DNA of 63,639 bases, counting the filler, from Octopus bimaculoides (taxonomy: Eukaryota): assembly GCF_001194135.2 (NCBI RefSeq). It is 8 parts of 7 records of this genome, joined end to end, with 100 filler letters (N's around TTAATTAATTAA, not from the genome) between each part and the next. Parts side by side here need not be neighbours in the genome. Positions count along the whole stretch, not along the records: positions 44,925 to 54,640 come from NC_068985.1; positions 54,741 to 58,172 come from NC_069002.1; positions 58,273 to 61,623 come from NC_068988.1; positions 61,724 to 63,639 come from NC_068990.1; 4 more parts are not named here. One strand, given 5' to 3'. The first letter of the stretch is position 1, and the number at the start of each line of letters is the position of its first letter. Of this stretch, positions 49,982-63,574 are shown in pieces. A program made the translations under genes and the position numbers. Below the pieces are notes generated by a model that made no database searches, was not told the origin of the DNA, and saw only the letters and a list, made by a program, of their open reading frames with translations.

Positions 49982-51499
49982 TATATATATATATANNNNN
50001 NNNNNNNNNNNNNNNNNNNNNNNNNNNNNNNNNNNNNNNNNNNNNNNNNNNNNNNNNNNNNNNNNNNNNNNNNNNNNNNNNNNNNNNNNNNNNNNNNNNN
50101 NNNNNNNNNNNNNNNNNNNNNNNNNNNNNNNNNNNNNNNNNNNNNNNNNNNNNNNNNNNNNNNNNNNNNNNNNNNNNNNNNNNNNNNNNNNNNNNNNNNN
50201 NNNNNNNNNNNNNNNNNNNNNNNNNNNNNNNNNNNNNNNNNNNNNNNNNNNNNNNNNNNNNNNNNNNNNNNNNNNNNNNNNNNNNNNNNNNNNNNNNNNN
50301 NNNNNNNNNNNNNNNNNNNNNNNNNNNNNNNNNNNNNNNNNNNNNNNNNNNNNNNNNNNNNNNNNNNNNNNNNNNNNNNNNNNNNNNNNNNNNNNNNNNN
50401 NNNNNNNNNNNNNNNNNNNNNNNNNNNNNNNNNNNNNNNNNNNNNNNNNNNNNNNNNNNNNNNNNNNNNNNNNNNNNNNNNNNNNNNNNNNNNNNNNNNN
50501 NNNNNNNNNNNNNNNNNNNNNNNNNNNNNNNNATATATATATATATATACATATTACATCATTGTTTCTCTTAATTGATTTCGTATATATATATGTAGGA
50601 CACTCAATGTGGCTTTCATGTTTCCATTGTTTGTGTGTGAGAGAGAATATTTTTTGCGCAATGATATATTATGTATGTTTGTGTAATTATAAAAACCACT
50701 GCCCTGAAGGAGTTACATTCTAAAGTCATTCCATAAATATTCTTTGTAATCAACATTCAATTTACGCCGACACAGTTGTTTCAGCCTTGTAATATCCACA
50801 TTATTTGGTGAAATAAAAACATAAGCCTAGCACACAACTTGGAGTAAATCTGCTGTTTTAATTCAAACTAAAAAGGTTTTCATGTCGAGGAATATGTATT
50901 TGCGTATAAAAATAATTCATGCATGTCCCTCGGGTTGTACCTGCCAGTGTACTCTTCAAAATTCTCTCTCGAACTCTTTCTTCTTTTTTTCGGTATTAGA
51001 TTTTAAGTAAGTCCTATTTTTAAGCAATCTAGAAATATCTACGATTAATGATTTGGATATGATGCGGGCCTTCTTAGAATGTAAGGAGTTAAAGGCTGAA
51101 ACCCTTGCAAGAAGGAGACTTCTCTTTTCAGTTCTCCCAAGATTTCTTCCCAAACGCACAATATCTTATGGCGAGGAATGACATGGAGAAATTAGTAAAC
51201 GATAATATCATCAGTTGATCGGAAAAAATGTTTATGAAAAATCATAAAATTCGAAGAAAGAATTCCATAAAATAAGAATCAGGTCACGGTCTGGCGTTGA
51301 TGATGCTGTTGTATTTTTAAAGCTATAGGTCAACTGGTATATATCCTCAAATTAGCACCTTGTCCATGTGATCATGTTAAACCAGGTGACATGTTAAGTC
51401 TGTCACCCAAGTAAAACAGTGGAATTTTGAACTCCTAACGCAAAGTTACTGAAGGAATACCACATTGAGTTCGACCTATTTACACTTACGCCAATCCGT

Positions 51500-51810
51500 A
51501 AATTTAGATTGGTAATATTTTTATCGACCCCGAAAGAATGAGTGGCAATGCCGACCCCAGTGGGATTTGAATTCACGACGTAAAGAGACAGAATAAATTT
51601 TCTTTCTACTATAAGCAAAGGGCCAGGAATTGTGTGGAGCGGGGCTAATTGATTATATAGACCCTAGTTATCAACTCGGAATTCATTTTCTTGAGGATGA
51701 AGGATGAAGTCGATCGCGGAAGGATTTGAACTCAGAAATGTCATGAACCGGAAGAAATACCTCGAAGAATTTTATCTGATTCACTAAGGATTCTGCTAGG
51801 TAGCCACCTT
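51500..51810 (-). mobile_element. Two diverged SINE family B copies
   Basis: ttttatcgaccccgaaagaatg...gatttgaattcac and ttctactata...gatgaagtcgatcgcggaaggatttgaactcaga. Confidence 0.75.
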
Positions 51811-51879
51811 GGTACTATCAATATAATCCCTCTATATATCGATGCAGTTAAATGTTGGGCATAAATATAAAAGGTAATG

Positions 51880-52208
51880 TGAAGGCGCATGGCTCAGTGG
51901 CTAGGGCACTGAACTTACGACCGTCAGGTTGTGATTTCGAATTCCGGACCGGGTTGCGTGTTGTGTTCTTAAGTAAAACACTTTATTTCACGTTGCTCCA
52001 CTTCATTCAACTATAGAAATGGGTTGCGACGTCATAGGTGCCAAGCTGTATCGGCCTTTGCGTTTCCCTTGGATAACACTGGTGACGTGGAGAGGGGAGG
52101 CTCCTATACATGGGCGACCGCTGGTCTTCCATAAACAGCCTTGCCGGACTTGTGCCTGGGAAGGTAACTTTCTAGATGCAATCCCATGGTCAGTCATGAC
52201 CGAAGGGG
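51880..52208 (+). mobile_element. SINE family D (tRNA head plus CORE-like box)
   Basis: A box tggctcagtggctagg, B box gatttcgaattcc, then gttgtgttcttaagtaaaacactttatttcacgttgctcc. Confidence 0.8.
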
Positions 52209-52254
52209 GGGGGGGTGCGTGGGTCTCGGCAATGTCTCTAGAATTAGGTTTAAA

Positions 52255-52680
52255 TAAACTTTGGTTTTAAATTTTGGTAAAAGTCCAGCAAGTTCAGATG
52301 AGTGGGGTAAGTCGATTACATCAACCCTAGCACTGAACTGCTACTTTTGTTTATCGACTCCAAAAGGATGAAAAGCAAAGTAAGTCGACCACGGTGATAT
52401 TTGAACTCAGAACGGAAAGTAGGAAGAAATGGAACTAACCATTTCTTAGGGCACAGTAATGATTCAGAATTTGAACTCAGACCGGAACGACGGACGAAAT
52501 GACGCTACGCATTTTGTAAGGTGTGCTAACGATTCTGCCTGCTCACCACTTCAATAATCCTGTCTACTATAGGCACAAGGCTTGAAATTTTGGTCGACGA
52601 AACCGCAGAGCGTAAAGTCGAACGAAATGCTGCTAAGCGTTTTGCCCAACGAACTAACGATTCAACCAGTTAACCGTCTT
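52255..52680 (-). mobile_element. Cluster of partial SINE family B copies
   Basis: Repeated tttgaactcaga..cggacgaaatg..gctaagc motifs and aggcacaagg. Confidence 0.8.
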
Positions 52681-53266
52681 AATAGTATTAATAAAATTCA
52701 TTTATAAATCAATATAGCTATAAGTTCGACATATAAGAATGGTAATATTTCTAGAATTGGGTTTAAATAAACGTTAATGGATGGAATATTTCAGAGAATA
52801 ATACGTATGCAGCAGAATAAAGAAATCAAGCGAAAATAGAATTCATTTGATTCGATAAAGAATTGAAAGATTTTGAATACGTTCCAAAGTGTGGAGTATT
52901 TTGGACGGTTGTGTATTGGAAGTTACATTACACAAAATTACAGGAAACGACAGGGAAATTTGTGACAGTGAATATGTTCGTATGCCGTGGACAAGTTTCG
53001 GGTCTGTCTCGTTGTCGAAAGAGGGAGACAAAGTGAAACACACTGTGAGATAGAGAGAAATGGAAAGAGAAAGAGAGAGGGAGGGAAGGGGAGTGGGTGA
53101 CAATGAGAGAGAGAGGGAGAGAGTTGAGGGAATATGAAAATTGTTATATTCAATTTTTCAGTTGCACAATTATTATCTTTTCCAAGACGAAGGATCATTT
53201 CTGTAATGTTATGTACCTCTTCCTCTAATACGTCACCCACTTCGTTGTATAATACCTGTCGATTGT

Positions 53267-53297
<31 letters not shown>

Positions 53298-53488
53298 TCT
53301 TTGTATCTAACTATCTATCTATCTATATATCTCTCTCTCTCTCTCTCTCTCTNNNNNNNNNNNNNNNNNNNNNNNNNNNNNNNNNNNNNNNNNNNNNNNN
53401 NNNNNNNNNNNNNNNNNNNNNNNNNNNNNNNNNNNNNNNNNNNNNNNNNNNNNNNNNNNNTATATATATATACATATATATATATACT

Positions 53489-53610
53489 TAACTTCCCAAC
53501 CACATGATTCTGTCCCACTGCGTGGCACCTTCAACAAGTATGTTCTGTTATCGCCGGTTACAGCTTTGTGAGTTGATTCGGTGGACGGAAACTGAAAGAA
53601 GCCCGTTGTG
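53489..53610 (+). mobile_element. SINE family A head
   Basis: cttcccaaccacatg...cccactgcgtggcacctt...gacggaaactgaaagaagcccgt. Confidence 0.82.
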
Positions 53611-54040
53611 CATATGTGTGCGTGTATGTGTATATATGTGTGTATGTATGTATATATGTATATATGTATATATGTTTCTGTGTGATATATATACTTGTGC
53701 GGCGCTGTTGTACAGCAACAAATAGATATTACGCTATATTTACGTCTACCTCAAACCAGTGAGATGAATTCGTTTCCGTGGGAAATTTTGTATGCGGTAC
53801 CGACGAGCGGAAATAACAACGAAATGTCAATACACACAGATCTCGTTCTACTACAAGGCGATTCGTTTCGCCTGCATTCAAAATATTAACATTCGCAATC
53901 TTAAGTGACTTTCTTTCGACAAAACATACACATAAATTATTTGACATTAATTTTGCGTACACTATTAGAGATGATTCTAATTCAAATTATACATACATAT
54001 ATACATACATACACACACACACACATACACACACACACAC

Positions 54041-54073
<33 letters not shown>

Positions 54074-54180
54074 CATACATACATACACACACATACATAC
54101 ATACATACATACATACATACACACACACACGTACATATATACATACATACATACATACAAACACACACATACATATATGC

Positions 54181-54475
54181 TTTTGTTCTTTTATTCTGTT
54201 GTTCCTTGTGGACTGATTTAGTCGAACAAAACGACTCCAGGGCTTATTTTTTTTAAGCTTAGTGCTTATTCTATCGGTTTGTTTTAACGAACTACAAAGT
54301 CACGGGGGCGTAAACACAGCAACACCAATTTTCAAGCTGTGGTGGGGGGACAAACGCAGATACACGGTGGGCTTCTTTCAGTTTCCATCTACCAAATTCA
54401 TGCAAAAGGCTTTTGTCGACCCGAATCTATAGTAAACACTTGCCAAAGGTAACACGCAGAAAGACTGAAACCACA
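54181..54475 (-). mobile_element. SINE family A
   Basis: Tail (cttattctatcgg...gggggacaaac) and head (gggcttctttcagtttccatctacc...cacttgccaaagg). Confidence 0.8.
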
Positions 54476-54595
54476 CATCATGTGTATATGTATGCCTACT
54501 TATGTATTGATATGTATGTGTGTATGTATGCATGTAGCTATGTGTATGTGTATGTATGTATATATATATATATATGTTTATATATATACATAATA

Positions 54596-54640
<45 letters not shown>

Positions 54641-55422
54641 NNNNNNNNNNNNNNNNNNNNNNNNNNNNNNNNNNNNNNNNNNNNTTAATTAATTAANNNN
54701 NNNNNNNNNNNNNNNNNNNNNNNNNNNNNNNNNNNNNNNNTATATATATATATATATATGAGTGAGTAGATAGAGAAAAAGAATTGTCACTGACACATTA
54801 ATTTATTGGGAGTTCTTTACATGTATGGATCTGTTCAAACCAGTTCCATTTCTGTTCAACCATGCTATTGTTCTCAAAGAACTGCTGTCGCTTCACTATC
54901 AATACTAATATTGTGGCATCACGTGACCTTCCTTAATCAATTGCAGCCCATCAGCCGGTAGCCATGTTGGACTTCTGTACCACCATATTTATTCGAATTT
55001 CCGTTGTGCCGAGGAAAAGACCCATTAGGGACTCGGAAACTTTACGTAGCCCGGAATCCAAAACTGTTTTGATCCATATATATATATATATATACGCATG
55101 TGCGTGTGTTTGTATGTGCGAGTGTGTTTGCGTGTGTGTGTCTGTGTATGTGTGTGTGTGTATACCCTGGTGTTTATAGTTTGCTTAAAAAACAGATATA
55201 TTTGTAGGTATGGGATAATTGCAATCCGCGTGATCACGGACATCAACACCGTCATCATGGCCAACATCAGCATCATCAGCATCATCACGGACAACAACAC
55301 CACCAGCATCACCGCCATCATCACCAAAGTCAACGCCACCACCACTACCAGCTCCACCATTTTCTCTCCACCCTCGTTTCGTAACCAATAATACTGGCAT
55401 CAACTACGTTACCACCACCACC

Positions 55423-55464
<42 letters not shown>

Positions 55465-55468
55465 GCTG

Positions 55469-55514
<46 letters not shown>

Positions 55515-56020
55515 CTACATGAAGGAAAACAACCTCCGGTATACTACCACTTTCAGCACTACCGTTTTGACCNNNNNNNNNNNNNNNNNNNNNNNNNNNN
55601 NNNNNNNNNNNNNNNNNNNNNNNNNNNNNNNNNNNNNNNNNNNNNNNNNNNNNNNNNNNNNNNNNNNNNNNNNNNNNNNNNNNNNNNNNNNNNNNNNNNN
55701 NNNNNNNNNNNNNNNNNNNNNNNNNNNNNNNNNNNNNNNNNNNNNNNNNNNNNNNNNNNNNNNNNNNNNNNNNNNNNNNNNNNNNNNNNNNNNNNNNNNN
55801 NNNNNNNNNNNNNNNNNNNNNNNNNNNNNNNNNNNNNNNNNNNNNNNNNNNNNNNNNNNNNNNNNNNNNNNNNNNNNNNNNNNNNNNNNNNNNNNNNNNN
55901 NNNNNNNNNNNNNNNNNNNNNNNNNNNNNNNNNNNNNNNNNNNNNNNNNNNNNNNNNNNNNNNCCTCACCTTACTCTTGTCTTCAGCCTTTCTTTATTTC
56001 GTCCTTCCCCTTTCTTTCAT

Positions 56021-56081
<61 letters not shown>

Positions 56082-56123
56082 TCTTCTCTCTATCTATTCA
56101 TCTAGCCATCTATCAATCTACCT

Positions 56124-56204
<81 letters not shown>

Positions 56205-56931
56205 CCATCGATGTAATTGCTCCTATAGCAGAAAAGATTATTACAACATTTTCTGCTAAGAACCAGNNNNNNNNNNGCTAAGAACCAGTTCTCGATTCTT
56301 TTCGCATCAAATTCAAATCCCGCCACAGTCACATCTGCATTTCAACCATATCAGGGTGAAAAAAAAAAAAACAGAAAAAAAAAACAAAAGTCCAACGCAA
56401 GACAGTAGATTGACGGAACCGTAAGAATGTTGGACCATATACCTGTGGTATTCATTAGAACTCTTTTGTCATTTGTTGTATTTAAAGATATCCATGGCGT
56501 GCTTCAATGGAAGACTAAAAGTGTTGCTTTGTTTAACCTGAACACTAGGCACATAGCCTTAGCAAAATCAACTCTGTAGGAAGTATTAAGGTCAGATTAA
56601 TGGTTTGTAGTTATCTTTCGCCTCGTATTTCACCGATGTGAGAGTCCTTGTAAAGGGTCATAGACACTGCCGTTACGCCATACCACTTGACCAAAAGTTA
56701 AAAAAATAAAATAAAATAAAATAAAGTAAAAAAATATTCCAACGGTATGAAGATGACTCTCACCAGCTTTCGGCAAAATGATTCTTTGTCACTGAAGTGA
56801 AGGGAAAAGCAAAGTATTTTTGACATAATGTCGCCGAAATATTACATCTTGCTGTCAGTTAAGAAAATTCTTCTTGTCAGAGAAATAGAATAATAAGACG
56901 ATTTTTGAGAAATGATGTGACAGCTTCCGGT

Positions 56932-57500
56932 GCGGCCATGATTGTTTTGACTGCTAGGAGACGCTTTGATTAATTAACTCGCCATCATATGTTGCTGCTT
57001 TAGAAACCAGACGCCCTGACGTTGATCTGCTGATGAAGTAGCGGAAATAGTGATGGGTATGTACAAATAATTGTTCTTTAAACAAATTTTGTCGCCGTTG
57101 TTTCTTCGCTTCTGAGAAAAGATAGAAGAACTCCACAAAGAAATAGGCTCGAATATATTGAGCTAATGAGCGGCCGGGAACTTGATACGAACCAGCGAAC
57201 AGTATGCTGGCAGTCTACAGCTCGAAGTTAATCAGACATCACCAAGCACTGAATGAAACGGAAGCTGAGATATCTATCTGAGACCTCTACATTGTTTGTC
57301 AATCGCAGATAGGGTTAGATGCGGCCATGATTGCTTTGACTCCTTCTAAAATAGCCATCTTATGTTGCTATTTTAGAAGGTAGACGCCTCAACGTTGATC
57401 AGCGGCTGAAGTAGTGATGGGTATGTACAAATGTTCTTTAAACTGCTTTTGTTGCCGTGGTTGTTTCGTTTCTGAGGAACTCTAAAGAGCAATGGGCTAT
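56932..57500. repeat. Diverged tandem duplication of a ~200-bp unit, period ~389 bp
   Basis: gcggccatgattg.tttgact...gccatc.tatgttgct...agacgcc...acgttgatc...gtgatgggtatgtacaaat at 56932 and 57321. Confidence 0.85.
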
Positions 57501-57699
57501 GTTCTCGACCCTTTTCTGTTTTCTAGTGCACTAATGACTCTATCAGTTTATCGATCAATTTAATTATTTCTTATTTAGGAACAAGGCCAGAAATTTTCCA
57601 GAAATGATGTTAATTGATATAATCAAACGTCTTTCTTTATCCATAGGATCAGAAGTCCGATTTCCCGGATTCCGTGGCGTATAAAATCTAAACCCTGTA

Positions 57700-57946
57700 C
57701 GAGATTCCGGTGCGTCGCCGGATTACTGAAACTTGCCAGCTGAGTGATTTACAGTAACGTGAAATGAAGTGTCTTGCTCAAGAATATAACGCATCTCCCG
57801 GTCCAGGAATCGAACCTAGAATCTTACGAAACCACTGTGCCACGATCATGAGTGAGGACCCTAACCACTGTGTCACGATCGTGAGTGCGACCCCTAACCC
57901 CACTGTGTTACGACCATGCGTGTGACCCCTAACCACTATGCCTCAC
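57700..57946 (-). mobile_element. SINE family D with tandemly repeated A-box segment
   Basis: gtgaaatgaagtgtcttgctcaag...ccggtccaggaatcgaacc, then aaccact.tg at 57830, 57863, 57896 and 57931. Confidence 0.85.
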
Positions 57947-58313
57947 CGTCACCGAATACACACAAGCTCAATATGCCCGGGTATTTTTTCCGCTCTATCA
58001 ATCCTACGAGCTCAGCACCTTGTATAATTGATTGGTATTTAAGCACTGCGACGACGACGACGACGACCACCACCACCACCACCACTACCACCACCAATAC
58101 CACCACCAGTACCACGACTACGACGACCACGACGACCACCACGACCACGACCACTACTACCACGATGACTACNNNNNNNNNNNNNNNNNNNNNNNNNNNN
58201 NNNNNNNNNNNNNNNNTTAATTAATTAANNNNNNNNNNNNNNNNNNNNNNNNNNNNNNNNNNNNNNNNNNNNCATATATAAATATATGCATATAGATAGA
58301 TAGGTAAATAGAG

Positions 58314-58377
<64 letters not shown>

Positions 58378-59044
58378 ATGTATATATACTTCTGTGTGGT
58401 TATATGTGTACACAATAAGTGTGAGTGCGTGACAGCAGTGTGTATGTGTTGCTATATATGAATGTAAACCAAATGTTATTTTAGAAAATGTTTAAGAATA
58501 GCAACAGACCATTGCCTGATGCCGTGACTCCAAACTGAGAGTAGAGTCTTCTATATTATGAAATATCATGACATTTTATTCTTTTTTTTTTCTTGAGTAG
58601 ATATACATATGTATACATACATACATACATACATACATACATACATACCCATTTATATCACAGCATTAAACTAAGAAGAAGGCAGTTTGGTCGAATTGCC
58701 TCCGTCACCGAAAGCCAATAGCATAAGAATGGTCACTGAAAATAAGATTATCTAAGCGGTGCTCCAACATAGTCGCTTTCGACTTTAATTCTTATGAGAA
58801 TAACTCTACTAAGGATGATAATGATTACTCAAAGCCTAATAATAAATCATATAATGGTACCATATTACGGTATGATCCAGTATTCGGATTATATTTAGCA
58901 TCTAAAATTTGTAGGTAGACATTTCGTTAAATCTATTTGATATTTAAAAATTTTTAACAGGCATATGGTGGAATTGCCACATGTGACATGGAGAAACTTT
59001 GCATACCATTATTGATAAACTAAATAACAGGAAGTTGAAGTATC

Positions 59045-59160
59045 ACAGGCGTGGATTTCCACACCTCGTGGTTCCAGGTTCAATCCCACAGCAGCATGGC
59101 ACCTAGGGCAAGATGTACTATAGCATCGAATTTGGTGTACAGAAACTGAAAGAAGCTCGT

Positions 59161-59165
<5 letters not shown>
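59045..59165 (+). mobile_element. SINE family A head, diverged
   Basis: ggttccaggttcaatcccac...ggcacctagggcaag...gaaactgaaagaagctcgt, then (TA)n and a gap. Confidence 0.78.
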
Positions 59166-59199
<34 letters not shown>

Positions 59200-59546
59200 N
59201 NNNNNNNNNNNNNNNNNNNNNNNNNNNNNNNNNNNNNNNNNNNNNNNNNNNNNNNNNNNNNNNNNNNNNNNNNNNNNNNNNNNNNNNNNNNNNNNNNNNN
59301 NNNNNNNNNNNNNNNNNNNNNNNNNNNNNNNNNNNNNNNNNNNNNNNNNNNNNNNNNNNNNNNNNNNNNNNNNNNNNNNNNNNNNNNNNNNNNNNNNNNN
59401 NNNNNNNNNNNNNNNNNNNNNNNNNNNNNNNNNNNNNNNNNNNNNNNNNNNNNNNNNNNNNNNNNNNNNNNNNNNNNNNNNNNNNNNNNNNNNNNNNNNN
59501 NNNNNNNNNNNNNNNNNNNNNATATATATATATATATATATATATA

Positions 59547-60391
59547 CGTGACCTGATCAATAAATATACGGACTGATGGCATAGTAACGAAGCTAAATCA
59601 CGCAGAGTAAAGTCTTTTGACACAGATTGACCTTGAAATCTCTTGTGCTCACTAAGTTTTAGCGTTCTAGATGACTTCCGCTGTTCACAGAAGTGCTTGG
59701 AAGGAAGATGTGTAGCGTGTGATAGTCACATTGACCACAACAGAGAAAGTTCAGCAGAGAATCTGCATCAAATTTTGCCATAATCTTGGCTCTACCTGCT
59801 CAGAAGCCATCGCAAATTTTCAAAATGTTTTCATAGTTCTCGACACAATCAAGAAGATATTGTGCAACCGAAAGCCGATTGTCTTTTTGGTCAGCTGAAA
59901 GCAGTTTTGACACAAACTTGGCAGACAACATGCGTTCCATCCCCACATCTTCAGGGATAATGAACTGAACCCTAACTAATCTGCAGATCCTCTGATAACT
60001 CACAATCGTTATCTCAGTTCTGCTGGTTTCGGATCTCCCAGAAGGTTCGTCAATATCGACATTTTTTCGGCCATCTTGGAAACGTCTAAGCCACTCGTAC
60101 AATTGTGGGCGGCTCATACACTCCTCTCCATGTACATTTTGCAACATTGCTGAGGCCTCTGAGCATGTATCGCCATGACAACTTTCTCTGTCATGGTCAA
60201 TGCGACGACCACACGCTACACACCTTCTTTCCGAGCCCTGCTGTAAGCAGTGGAATTGAGCTAGAACGTAAAAAACCTTGTGCGCATGCACAGCTGGGTT
60301 CAAGATCAATCTGTGTCAAGCGGCTTCACTCTGCGTGCGTTAGCTTCGTTACTATGGCAACAGTCCGGATACTTATTGATCAGACTTCTCA
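59547..60391. mobile_element. Rearranged mariner made of two inverted 5' ends
   Basis: Both ends carry the same terminal/5' UTR sequence and transposase N-terminus (EKVQQRICIKFCHNLG on +; CMSRPQLYEWLRRFQDGRK...LSAKFVSKLL on -); TA at both flanks. Confidence 0.9.
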
Positions 60392-60399
60392 TATATGAG

Positions 60400-60930
60400 T
60401 GTATTAGTCTTTGTCTCTGATGGACTTAGGCTGTCTGCAGAGAGGGTGACACAGCTAAAGTTTTTGAACAAGTTATTTAAACTCAACTGAGACGACTGTG
60501 TGAAGCTGCTAGATACCGTGATCAAACCCTGGTTGGAGATGGTTGCAACTGGGAAAGTGGTCGTAAGGGAATTTCTATGATTTCTCCATCCCCAATTTCT
60601 GTCTTCCTAATATCCACCCCCACCCTCGATTGTTATTGCATGGATTACTAAGTGTGGTATGCTGCTGAAAAAGACACTAACCGATCTGTCTGCAACAGCA
60701 AAGCTGAACTGGTGGCCAAGGTGAACGAGTTGTTCGAAGATCTGCCCGAAGACACAATGAGGAATGTATATGCAGGATTCAGGGCCCGTTTGAGGTCATT
60801 GGGGAAAATGAGGGACATCTTTTTTCGTAACTGTTATCTCCCTGCCATAATCTAGTTGGAAATTTTTGATATTTTAGAATATATTGTTTTGGTGGGATAT
60901 CGGATGTAGTGTTTTTTCACCCTTTTATAG
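60400..60930 (+). mobile_element. maT/DD37D-type Tc1/mariner transposase 3' remnant
   Basis: LLDTVIKPWLEMVATGK...MDY*VWYAAEKDTNRSVCNSKAELVAKVNELFEDLP...FRARL. Confidence 0.8.
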
Positions 60931-61799
60931 AAACTGTCGGATTTAGCAGCTTAACCGGTAACGCCCTCTGCTTGATGAGTAAGGCATTTTATGACACCCT
61001 ATCGGATAAAAAAAAAGACCTGCCAAAGTGAGCATGAATTCAGAAAAAATCAACTGCCATCTCAGAGTTCCTAGCTTGGTGTTCGAGTGGGCATTTAGCA
61101 AATCAGGGTAGGTTGGACGCCATGCTATGGCGAAGGCAATTATGGCAGTTAATGGAGAACTCTAATCAAAAAGCCTAATTATGTTATTAATCGGATTTGT
61201 GGCAAACAATTGCACCAACTTTCTGCAATCAGCAACTCCAAAATTGTGGCTGGTCCTGTTCAAGCCTTCACCAATGAAAACAAATCGTGGTTTGTGTAGA
61301 CTATTGGAATCTCATCATTCCAAATCGACGTAAAAATCCGTTATTATACGTGGTAAAACATGCTATAGTCAACTTATAATTATAATTTAGTTTCTATCGT
61401 TCATTTTACAATAATTTGCTTCGCAGTGTTTCACAAATTAAGCTATCCAAAGTTATTCAAACAACTGCTCAGTAGTCTTAGAATTAATGCATGTTTCCGG
61501 TGAAATGTCAATACAGGAATCTATAAATTAATGGCAATCCAGCCATTGTAATTTAATTATGACCCAGTGGATATAAATACCAACACATATACACGCGATA
61601 ACGAATCAATATATATATATATANNNNNNNNNNNNNNNNNNNNNNNNNNNNNNNNNNNNNNNNNNNNTTAATTAATTAANNNNNNNNNNNNNNNNNNNNN
61701 NNNNNNNNNNNNNNNNNNNNNNNCATTGTTTTGACTGCAAAAAAGAGTTTAAAACATTTATCTATAAATATCCGATAAACTTCATGTAAACTATACTAA

Positions 61800-61861
<62 letters not shown>

Positions 61862-62105
61862 ATCGTTTTGATTAATCTTTTGTGAAGCCAAAACAAGGCA
61901 AATTATAAAATATAATACAATATTTCAGGGCTAGGACTCCTTCATCAGGAAATATTGAAATAGATGATAAAGGTACAAAGCCTTGACTTGTATTATTCTA
62001 TAACTTGTATTATTTTGGCTTTATTAAAAGAAATAAGAAGTGTGTATGTGTGTGTGTGAGTATGTATATAACAGACAATGCTTCATTTAAATTATACTAC
62101 TCTTT

Positions 62106-62167
<62 letters not shown>

Positions 62168-63140
62168 CTTTAAAGTTTAAAACAATTGTTTTATATTTTA
62201 AATGTGACCATTACTTTTGGCTTGTTTTCTAATATGCGACAAGATAAAAAAAAACAACTGAGAATCATTGGCTAAGTTGTCACTCAACCAGCTAGATATA
62301 GCAATCAAATATTTCTAAGACCTCACCTTACAGGTATCTTAAATAGAGGATGCATAGGATAATTTAATTCTACATACATTATATCGACAGAGAAAAAAAG
62401 ATAAACTGGGCACGGTTGGAACCTCTTTGATTAGAGACTTGTTTGATAATGAATGGTTGATTTGGGCTAAACAACAGCAACAAACGGTGCCCTAAAACGT
62501 GGGAAGAACATTTGTGCCTAATCAAAGGCAAACTTGTGATAATAAAAAGAAAAATTATTTCTCACCATTTTGACAAAAAATATTTAATGAAGATGACGAG
62601 ATGAGACAATATTTGTTTTCTGTACAAGCAATCGGTATGATTTATGACCTCATTCGAGAGAACAAACAGCTTCACTTTTCATACATCAACGATATCCACC
62701 AAACGGAGGGAGCGTCACTGTACTGGATGAAAGGAAACATAGAATTGTGAGATCTATATCTTTCGCAAGTAAAACAAATTATTGAGTATTTAACAGCAAA
62801 CACCGCCCACTTTACAGCGCTCACAACAAACAAGCAATTTGAATGGAGCCATTAGTTTCTAAAGTTTGTTGAACAAAGGAAATGTCTGCAAGAGGAGCTT
62901 AACATTTTAGCTGCAAGTTTTCAACTGATCTACTAATAATCAGGAGGAGGATTCTCTTAATGATCATTGTTTAGGTCTGGTCTCATGATGGTTGTGGGGA
63001 TTAGTACTAAATCTCTCCTCCACCAGATAATCTGCAACCTTATTCTGTTGGGTTAAATGGAATGGTCGAGAAAGCAAAAACAAAAATAAAATGCATTTAT
63101 TCACAAACACAAAGCACCTGTACTGGATTTAAACTCACCC

Positions 63141-63344
63141 TTTTATTCTTTTATTGATTCAATCATTGAACTACAGTCATACTGGAGCACTGCCGTGACG
63201 GGTTAGTCGAACAAATCAGCCCCAGTTACATATTCTATCGGTCTCTTTTTGCTGAACCACCAAGTTACGAGATCATAAACAAACCAACATTGATTGATAA
63301 AGGATAGGGAAGATAACACAAAGATACAAGGACACACATGCATA

Positions 63345-63378
<34 letters not shown>

Positions 63379-63574
63379 TGCACGCGCGCACACAAACACA
63401 CACACACACACACATTACGAGCTTCCTACAGTTTCTGCCAACCAAATCTAATCAAAAGGCATCGGGCGGCCCGAGACTAAGATACTTGACTAACGTGCCA
63501 CACAGTCGATCAGAAACCGGAACCTTCTGATAGAGAAGGGAACTTTTTAACTACGCACCCATGCCTGCACCTAT
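63141..63574 (-). mobile_element. SINE family A, full length, with internal (CA)n
   Basis: Head ataggtgcaggcatgg; gaaactgtaggaagctcgt; TG repeat; tail gcagtgctccagtatgactgtag...aaaagaataaaa. Confidence 0.87.

Noticed and set aside
50956-51159. ORF beginning MRLGRNLGRT, reminiscent of ribosomal protein L17
   Set aside because: Similarity limited to a few residues; the rest does not fit.
55200-55400. GC3-rich exon-like stretch
   Set aside because: Degenerate (CAT/CAC)n microsatellite grading into (ACC)n(ACT)n.
56255-56290. gctaagaaccag duplicated across a 10-N gap
   Set aside because: Unmerged contig overlap.
57028-57050. CTGATGA...GAAA
   Set aside because: No stem II, and absent from the duplicate copy at about 57400.
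62574-62935. ~120-codon frame with only two stops
   Set aside because: No recognisable domain; could be a decayed element but unsupported without a search.
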